Position numbers and translations under genes: made by a program. The notes beneath the pieces are model-generated. The model saw only the letters and a list, made by a program, of their open reading frames with translations, was not told where the DNA came from and made no database searches. DNA of 36,927 nucleotides from an uncultured candidate division WWE3 bacterium (GTDB taxonomy: Bacteria; Patescibacteriota; WWE3; UBA101185; UBA10185), in assembly GCA_965603395.1 (NCBI GenBank), contig CBFDCV010000003.1, positions 1-36,927 of the forward strand, written 5' to 3'. Shown one piece after another: positions 18,762-24,989 of this stretch. Each line of letters starts with the position of its first letter. Positions within the stretch are counted from its first letter, which is position 1.

Positions 18762-18776
18762 CTATTTTTTATCATA

Positions 18777-19064
18777 TTACTTTCCTACTAATTCAATTTT
18801 CTGACCAGGCTTAACCTTAACCACTGCTTTCTTCCATTTACTTGATTTGGTAAACCTTCTTGTGCCCAAAATCCTTCTTTTCTTACCGGGCATAATCATA
18901 GTCGAAACCCCATCTACGTCAACCCCATACAACCTGTTGATCTCATTAGCAATGGCGCCCTTAGAAGATCTCAAATTAACCTTGAACACATATTTGCTGT
19001 CAACTTCTAGAGCCATTGTTTTTTCTGTCACGATCGGTTTTTCTATAACATTACTAACTCTCAT
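18777..19064 (-). CDS. rplW: 50S ribosomal protein L23
   Basis: PIVTEK, YVFKV, GKKRR and WKKAVV motifs. Confidence 0.96.
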   Translation of the reverse strand: MRVSNVIEKPIVTEKTMALEVDSKYVFKVNLRSSKGAIANEINRLYGVDVDGVSTMIMPGKKRRILGTRRFTKSSKWKKAVVKVKPGQKIELVGK

Positions 19065-19681
19065 TTATATTTCTTTTGTAAATTAAATATGGCATTTTTA
19101 GTAAACAGGACTTGTTTAGCTTTGATTAGTTCATAAACATTTAGGCTGTTTTCTACCATTACATTTAATTTTGGCAGGTTGGAAGCGCTCTTTATTACGT
19201 TTGTATCGGGTTTTTCCATCACAATTAGTGTTTTTTCCCCAAGCTTGGCTTTATCCATCAAGTCAACCATATCTTTGGTGCTAGGTTTAGACATTTTTAT
19301 CTCATTAATTACTTTTATTTCACCATCCTTTAATTTATTCGATAAAGCACACTGCATGGCCTTTTTCTTCATCTTTTTAGGCATTTTTAAGGCGTAATCT
19401 ATAGGTTTTGGACCGTGCGCAATACCGCCCTTGACCCAAATAGGACTTCTGATAGAACCGTGTCTGGCTCTACCGGTACCTTTTTGCCTCCAAGGTTTTT
19501 TCCCTCCTCCTGATACTTCAGCCCTGGTCTTAGTAGAAGAAGTTCCTTGTCTTTGATTTGTTCGATAAATATGGACGTACTGAGTTAGTAGATCAGGATT
19601 ATTTTCCTGACCAAATACTTCATTATCAAGTTCAATATCTTCTATTTTGTTTCCTTTGTTATCTAAAACTCCTATTTTCAT
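19061..19681 (-). CDS. rplD: 50S ribosomal protein L4
   Basis: RQGT.STKTRAEVSGGGKKPWRQKGTGRARHGSIRSP and GPKP motifs. Confidence 0.97.
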   Translation of the reverse strand: MKIGVLDNKGNKIEDIELDNEVFGQENNPDLLTQYVHIYRTNQRQGTSSTKTRAEVSGGGKKPWRQKGTGRARHGSIRSPIWVKGGIAHGPKPIDYALKMPKKMKKKAMQCALSNKLKDGEIKVINEIKMSKPSTKDMVDLMDKAKLGEKTLIVMEKPDTNVIKSASNLPKLNVMVENSLNVYELIKAKQVLFTKNAIFNLQKKYK

Positions 19682-19733
19682 AAAATTCCTATTTTATTAA
19701 AACTCCTATTTTTATTAAAACTCCTATTTTCAT
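19665..19733 (-). repeat. 4x tandem repeat (17-18 bp) of the rplD translation start
   Basis: Minus strand: ATGAAAATAGGAGTTTT / AATAAAAATAGGAGTTTT / AATAAAATAGGAATTTT / ATGAAAATAGGAGTTTT. The last copy is the first 17 nt of rplD. Confidence 0.93.
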
Positions 19734-19734
19734 A

Positions 19735-20163
19735 TTATTCTAATACCTTAATTTGTATGTCAGAATTTCTGGATCCCGGAATAGGTCCTGAAACCATGAA
19801 TTCTTTATCTTTTTCTGACACTTCTACTATCTTTAGCCCTTTTATAGCCACACGCTTTCCTCCCATTCTACCAGCCATTTTCTTACCCTTAAGAACTCTA
19901 CCCGGAGTCTGAGATCCGATTGACCCGGCGCCTCTTGGTGTATCTCCTTGTCCATGTGTCCTTTTACCGCCTTTAAACCCCCATCTCTTCATAACACCGG
20001 CAAAGCCCTTACCTTTTGACTTTCCTACTACCAATATCTTTTTATCAACCAGTTCCTGATCCAAGTCATCCTGAGATTTTATGATGGTCACGGGCACAAC
20101 TTTGCCGTTTTCCATAAAAATCTGGCTCATCTTAACTTTTTTTCCTTTTATTGTTTTTTCCAT
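19735..20163 (-). CDS. rplC: 50S ribosomal protein L3, short (142 aa, internal deletion)
   Basis: GKK..MSQIF, VPVT, SKGKGFAGVMKRW, THG, GSIG, PGRVLKGKKMAGRMG and GPIPG motifs. It lies before rplD. Confidence 0.93.
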   Translation of the reverse strand: MEKTIKGKKVKMSQIFMENGKVVPVTIIKSQDDLDQELVDKKILVVGKSKGKGFAGVMKRWGFKGGKRTHGQGDTPRGAGSIGSQTPGRVLKGKKMAGRMGGKRVAIKGLKIVEVSEKDKEFMVSGPIPGSRNSDIQIKVLE

Positions 20164-20186
20164 TTTTTATTTCGTTTACACTTCAT

Positions 20187-20210
20187 AAAAAAAAGCGCCC
20201 CTGGAGCGCT
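20187..20210 (-). terminator. Intrinsic terminator-like hairpin (possible attenuator) in the rplC leader
   Basis: On the mRNA: AGCGCUC-CAG-GGGCGCU followed by a U run, ending 23 nt before the rplC ATG. Confidence 0.65.
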
Positions 20211-20269
20211 CTTAGTCTGAGCTATTTCCAAGTTTTATTTTTTATTAACCTTTTTCTGACACAACTAGC

Positions 20270-20278
20270 ATTATATCA
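20270..20278 (-). promoter_or_regulatory. Extended -10 promoter TGATATAAT for the rplC-led operon
   Basis: Perfect TGnTATAAT in the rpsJ-rplC spacer, about 105 nt upstream of rplC. Confidence 0.6.
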
Positions 20279-20331
20279 AGTTTTTCCTTTAGTTACACTG
20301 TTCAAGATATGTCACATTTAGCATAAATGTA

Positions 20332-20652
20332 TTACATCTTGATCGAAATACCCACTCCCGCAGGTAAATTCAACCTGGAAAGACTGTCCACGGTTGAGCT
20401 GGTGGGATTAATTACGTCTATCACCCTCTTGTGTGTCCTTAGTTCAAATTGTTCTCTAGATCTCTTATCTATGTGAGGTCCCCTGATAACAGTAAATCTC
20501 TCTTTTCTGGTGGGTAAAGGTACAGGACCTACAACCTTAGCACCAGTTCTAATAACCGTGTCCACGATCTTTGAACAACTTATATCTATGATACGGCTAT
20601 CATAAGAGTTGAGTTTTATCCTGATTTTTGTTTCTTTTCCTTGTTTTGCCAT
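20332..20652 (-). CDS. rpsJ: 30S ribosomal protein S10
   Basis: [28 protein letters not shown] and LPAGV motifs. Start assigned to the ATG at 20652. Confidence 0.97.
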   Translation of the reverse strand: MAKQGKETKIRIKLNSYDSRIIDISCSKIVDTVIRTGAKVVGPVPLPTRKERFTVIRGPHIDKRSREQFELRTHKRVIDVINPTSSTVDSLSRLNLPAGVGISIKM

Positions 20653-20662
20653 AAAGTGCAAT

Positions 20663-20690
20663 GAAAAGGCGGTGTTATCACCGCCTTTTC
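20663..20690 (-). terminator. Perfect 12-bp hairpin after tuf (terminator-like)
   Basis: GAAAAGGCGGTG-ATAA-CACCGCCTTTTC, 14 nt after the tuf stop. Confidence 0.7.
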
Positions 20691-20704
20691 CTCCATCTTC
20701 TAAA

Positions 20705-21883
20705 TTACTTGAGGATCTTTGTAATGGCTCCAGCCCCTACAGTGTGTCCTCCCTCTCTAATAGCAAACTTTAAGCCCTCTTCCAAAGCTACCGGAGTAAT
20801 GAGCTTCACGGTCATGACAACGTTATCGCCCGGCATAACCATTTCAACTCCTTCCGGTAAGATAATCTCACCGGTAACATCGGTAGTTCTAAGATAGAAC
20901 TGTGGTCTGTATCCGCTAAAAAATTGTTTGTGTCTGCCACCTTCTTCTTTGGATAAAACATATACTGGAGCTTCGAAGTCGCTGTGAGGTGTGATGGATT
21001 TTGGCTTAGCCAAAACCTGGCCTCTTTCTATATCTTCTCTGTCGATACCTCTTAACAAAATACCTACATTATCACCAGCTTGTCCTTCTTTGAGTTGTTT
21101 CTTGAACATTTCTACACCGGTCACTATTGTGCTAGTAGTATCCCTGATACCTACGATCTCAACCTCTTCGTTAAGATTAACAACTCCTCTTTCTATTCTG
21201 CCTGTGGCAACAGTACCTCTACCTTTAATAGAGAAAACGTCTTCTACCGGCATTAAAAATGGTTTTTCCAGGTCTCTTTCTGGTGTAGGAATATATTCAT
21301 CTACAGCCTTCATAAGTTCTTCAATAGCTTTGGCGCTTTCAGCATCGCCTTCCAAAGCTTTCAAAGCTGAGCCTTTGATAATTGGTACTTCGTCACCGGG
21401 GAAACCGTATTTGGTTAGAAGTTCTCTAACCTCAAGTTCCACCAAATCCAGTATTTCTTCGTCCTGTACCATGTCCACTTTGTTCATGAACACCACCATA
21501 GCAGGAACGTTTACTTGGTTGGCAAGCAAAATGTGTTCTCTTGTCTGGGGCATAGGTCCATCAGGAGCCGAAACAACTAAGATGGCGCCATCTACCTGAG
21601 CGGCACCGGTTATCATGTTTTTAATATAGTCAGCATGTCCGGGACAATCAATGTGGGCATAATGCCTATTTTCTGTCTCGTACTCAACATGTGTAATATT
21701 AATAGTGATTCCTCTCTCTCTTTCTTCCGGAGCTTTATCGATATCTTCAAATTTCCAGAAATCCGAGAGTCCTTTTTCGGAAAGCACTTTTGTGATAGCT
21801 GCTGTTAGAGTAGTCTTGCCGTGGTCAACATGGCCAATGGTCCCTATGTTAACATGCGGCTTGGTTCTTTTAAATTCAGCCAT
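20705..21883 (-). CDS. tuf: Elongation factor Tu
   Basis: [24 protein letters not shown] and FAIREGG motifs. Start at the ATG at 21883, preceded by GAAAGGT. Confidence 0.98.
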   Translation of the reverse strand: MAEFKRTKPHVNIGTIGHVDHGKTTLTAAITKVLSEKGLSDFWKFEDIDKAPEERERGITINITHVEYETENRHYAHIDCPGHADYIKNMITGAAQVDGAILVVSAPDGPMPQTREHILLANQVNVPAMVVFMNKVDMVQDEEILDLVELEVRELLTKYGFPGDEVPIIKGSALKALEGDAESAKAIEELMKAVDEYIPTPERDLEKPFLMPVEDVFSIKGRGTVATGRIERGVVNLNEEVEIVGIRDTTSTIVTGVEMFKKQLKEGQAGDNVGILLRGIDREDIERGQVLAKPKSITPHSDFEAPVYVLSKEEGGRHKQFFSGYRPQFYLRTTDVTGEIILPEGVEMVMPGDNVVMTVKLITPVALEEGLKFAIREGGHTVGAGAITKILK

Positions 21884-21922
21884 ATTTTTACCTTTCAAAA
21901 CTAAATAATTACTTAATTACAA

Positions 21923-21931
21923 ATTTTAGCA
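21923..21931 (-). promoter_or_regulatory. Extended -10 promoter TGCTAAAAT upstream of tuf
   Basis: TGn-TAAAAT in the fusA-tuf spacer, 39 nt before the ATG. Confidence 0.5.
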
Positions 21932-21961
21932 GAGGTAGTTAACCAAAAAAAGCGTCTAAAA

Positions 21962-24049
21962 TCAAGACTTTCCTTTAACTATCTCTTCCGTGATCTGTAC
22001 AGGAACTTCCTCATAGTGGCTGGGCTCCATCGTGAACCCTGCTCTACCTTGAGTTAATCCTCTTAATTCAGTGGCATACCCGAACATATCTCCTAAAGGT
22101 ACTTTGGCATCAATTATGGCGGCCGTGCCCTCCATCTTTGTATTCCCTATCTTACCCCTTTTTGAAGAGATATTACCAATTATATCGCCCATAAATTCTT
22201 CCGGCGTGATAACTTCCAAACTCATAATTGGTTCTAATAAAAACGGATCGCCTCTAGATTGCGCAGTTCTAAAAGCTCCGATCGCAGCCATCTTAAAGGC
22301 CAATTCCGAAGAGTCCACTTCATGGAAAGATCCATCATATAAAGTAACTTTGATGTCTGTAACGGGATAACCAGCTATACCTCCGCATTCGGCGGCTTCT
22401 TTAATCCCTTTTTGCACACCGGGAATAAATTCTCTTGGTATTGACCCTCCTACAATTTTGTTTACAAATTCCAAGCCCACACCCTTTTCCTGAGGTTCCA
22501 TGGTAATAAGCACATGACCATACTGCCCGCGTCCTCCTGACTGTCTAATGTATTTATTTTCTGCACTAACTTTTGTTCTAATTGTTTCTCTGTAAGCTAC
22601 CTGAGGTTTGCCGGTATTAATCTCCACATTGAATTCTCTTCTCATTCGTTCAGCAATAATCTCCAAATGCAGCTCGCCCATTCCGTAAAGCAAAGTTTCT
22701 CCGGTTTCCTCATTAGATTTTATTTTCAAAGTAGGATCTTCTTCTAAAAATTTCTTTAACACCTCGCCTAACTTATCCCTATCGCTCTTTGTTTTAGGCT
22801 CCACTACAACACCAATAACCGGCTCGGCAAATGTAATAGATTCCAATAAGACCTGGTGGCTTTCTTCACATAAAGTATCACCGGTGGTTGTGTCACTTAG
22901 GCCTATAACAGCAGCAATTTCACCGGCATTAATTTCTTTTATCTCTTCTCTGTGGTTAGCGTGCATTAAAAGTATTCGTCCCACTCTTTCTTTATTACCT
23001 TTTGTAGTGTTGGTAACGTAGGATCCGGCTTTTAATTTTCCGGAATAAACTCTAATGTAAGTGAGTCTTCCTACATAAGGATCTGTTTGTATCTTAAAGG
23101 CTAAAGCGGCAAAGGGCTCCTCTACGGTCTCCTCCAACACATAAGATTCCTTTGTATCGACTCTGGTGGCCACCACGTTTTCTACGTCTAAGGGAGCGGG
23201 CAACAATGCTACTACGGTATCCAACACAAACAGAGCTGGAATACCTCTACCGTCTCCTCCAAATATGGGAAAGAACTCACCTGTGAGGGTAGCTTTTCTT
23301 AAACATCTTGTTATTTCTTCTTCTGTTAATTCTTGGTCATTTAAAAACTTTTCCATCATCTGGTCATCGTACTCAACCACCGCTTCTATCAACTTCGTCC
23401 TGTATTCCAATGCTTTTTCTTTCATATCATCAGGAACCTCAATCTCATCAAACTCGTCCTGCTTTAACTCGCTGTATGTATAAGCTTTCATTTTTATGAG
23501 GTCAATGTTTCCGTTTAATTCTTTTTCAAAACCAATTGGTAAGAAGATTGGGTGTGCTTTGGGACTAAGTTTTTTTCTGATGGACTCTAAACTTTTGTAA
23601 AAATTTCCACCAATCTGATTTATTTTATTAATAAAACAAACCCTGGGAACACCATATTTGTTGGCTTGTCGCCAAACAGTTTCAGATTGAGGTTCTACTC
23701 CCATTTTTCCATCAAAAACAACAACAGCGCCGTCTAAAACCCTCAAAGAACGCTCAACTTCGGCTGTAAAATCAACGTGTCCGGGAGTATCAATAATGTT
23801 AATGCGGTAGTCTTTCCAATAGCAGGTAGTAGCAGCGCTTTGTATCGTAATGCCGCGCTCTCTTTCTTGTTCCATCCAATCCATTTGAGTATCTCCGGTA
23901 TGTACCTCACCAATCTTATGCGTCTTACCTGTGTAAAATAAAATACTTTCGGTAGTGGTCGTTTTTCCAGCGTCAATATGGGCAATAATACCAATATTTC
24001 TTATTCTATCTATGGGATATTCTTTTGTTATTTCGTTATTTTCGGCCAC
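21962..24049 (-). CDS. fusA: Elongation factor G (atypical G4/G5 motifs)
   Basis: RNIGIIAHIDAGKTT, ERGITI, DTPGHVDF, GMGELHL, QSGGRGQYGH and GSFHEVDSS motifs. GTG start, within the str operon. Confidence 0.97.
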   Translation of the reverse strand: MAENNEITKEYPIDRIRNIGIIAHIDAGKTTTTESILFYTGKTHKIGEVHTGDTQMDWMEQERERGITIQSAATTCYWKDYRINIIDTPGHVDFTAEVERSLRVLDGAVVVFDGKMGVEPQSETVWRQANKYGVPRVCFINKINQIGGNFYKSLESIRKKLSPKAHPIFLPIGFEKELNGNIDLIKMKAYTYSELKQDEFDEIEVPDDMKEKALEYRTKLIEAVVEYDDQMMEKFLNDQELTEEEITRCLRKATLTGEFFPIFGGDGRGIPALFVLDTVVALLPAPLDVENVVATRVDTKESYVLEETVEEPFAALAFKIQTDPYVGRLTYIRVYSGKLKAGSYVTNTTKGNKERVGRILLMHANHREEIKEINAGEIAAVIGLSDTTTGDTLCEESHQVLLESITFAEPVIGVVVEPKTKSDRDKLGEVLKKFLEEDPTLKIKSNEETGETLLYGMGELHLEIIAERMRREFNVEINTGKPQVAYRETIRTKVSAENKYIRQSGGRGQYGHVLITMEPQEKGVGLEFVNKIVGGSIPREFIPGVQKGIKEAAECGGIAGYPVTDIKVTLYDGSFHEVDSSELAFKMAAIGAFRTAQSRGDPFLLEPIMSLEVITPEEFMGDIIGNISSKRGKIGNTKMEGTAAIIDAKVPLGDMFGYATELRGLTQGRAGFTMEPSHYEEVPVQITEEIVKGKS

Positions 24050-24102
24050 AATTATACTTTATTTGAACTAAAAAGCTTCAAACAGTCCAGAATTTCATAA
24101 TA

Positions 24103-24570
24103 CTAAAACCGTGCAAAGTGAGCAAATGCTCTATTTGATTCAGCAGTTTTTCTAGTTTCATCTCTTTTTCTTACGGCATCTCCTAAACCTTCACTAGCAT
24201 CGCTGAGTTCTTTATGTAAACGGGTAATCATGTCTGTGCCTTGTTTTTTTCTGGCTGCCCTCACAATCCATCTTATGGCCAAGGCTTCTGATCTGTCATG
24301 TTTTAGTGGGTAAGGCACCTGATAAGTTGCTCCCCCTACTCTTCTAGATCTAACTTCCTGGGTTGGCATAACGTTTTTCACTGCTTGTTCGAACATTTTT
24401 ACTGCCTCTTTTCTATCTTCCGAAAGCTTGCCCATAGCACTATAAACTATCTTTTCTGCCGTACTTTTTTTACCACCTTGCATAACCACATTTATTGTTC
24501 TAGTAACTACTTTTGATTTGTAGATGGAATCAGGGATAATTGGTCTTTTTTTAGCTCTTTTGGATCTCAT
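24103..24570 (-). CDS. rpsG: 30S ribosomal protein S7
   Basis: GKKS.AE, EVRSRRVGGATYQVP and AESNRAFAH motifs. Confidence 0.97.
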   Translation of the reverse strand: MRSKRAKKRPIIPDSIYKSKVVTRTINVVMQGGKKSTAEKIVYSAMGKLSEDRKEAVKMFEQAVKNVMPTQEVRSRRVGGATYQVPYPLKHDRSEALAIRWIVRAARKKQGTDMITRLHKELSDASEGLGDAVRKRDETRKTAESNRAFAHFARF

Positions 24571-24573
24571 GGC

Positions 24574-24987
24574 CTACTCATCGGACTTTTTAGCTCCGTA
24601 CTGTGAGCGTGAACTTTTTCTACCTTCAACTCCCATTAGATCATAAACACCTCTAACAATAGTGTATTTGATACCGGGAAGGTCTTTGACCCTACCGCCT
24701 CTTATCATGACCACTGAGTGTTCCTGTAGGCCGTGGCCTTCTCCAGGTATGTAAGCCGTGACTTCTCTTCTATTAGATAATCTAACTCTTGCCACTTTCC
24801 TTAAGGCCGAATTAGGCTTTTTTGGGGTTTGTGTTTTTACTTGTAAGCAGACGCCTCTTTTAAAAGGTGCTTTTGTACCTTTGTATTCTCTTTTTTTGGA
24901 ATTATAAGTCTCGCCCAGGGCTGGGGTTTTTGCTTTTCTTACTTTAGGTTTTCTTTTCTTTTTTATTAGTTGGTTTACTGTTGGCAT
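24574..24987 (-). CDS. rpsL: 30S ribosomal protein S12
   Basis: [24 protein letters not shown] and [10 protein letters not shown] motifs. Confidence 0.98.
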   Translation of the reverse strand: MPTVNQLIKKKRKPKVRKAKTPALGETYNSKKREYKGTKAPFKRGVCLQVKTQTPKKPNSALRKVARVRLSNRREVTAYIPGEGHGLQEHSVVMIRGGRVKDLPGIKYTIVRGVYDLMGVEGRKSSRSQYGAKKSDE

Positions 24988-24989
24988 AT

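Noticed and set aside
19665-19733. Tandem repeat as a possible CRISPR array
   Set aside because: The units are 17-18 bp and directly adjacent with no spacers, they derive from the rplD start, and no cas genes are present.
19735-20163. rplC as a pseudogene or split gene
   Set aside because: No frameshift or internal stop, both termini and all PTC-proximal motifs are intact, and no second fragment lies nearby.
20314-20330. ACATTTA-GCA-TAAATGT palindrome after rpsJ
   Set aside because: A 7-bp AT-rich stem with no U-tract, too weak to call as a terminator or operator.
20991-21599. 202-aa plus-strand ORF, and the many other plus-strand ORFs across 1052-31715
   Set aside because: Antisense shadows of conserved minus-strand genes (tuf, rpoB/C, r-proteins), with Ser/Ile/Phe-rich composition and no recognisable motifs.
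24050-24056. TATAAT immediately before the fusA GTG as a leaderless promoter
   Set aside because: It is only 1 nt from the start codon, so +1 would fall inside the ORF, and there is no suitable downstream start before the G1 motif.
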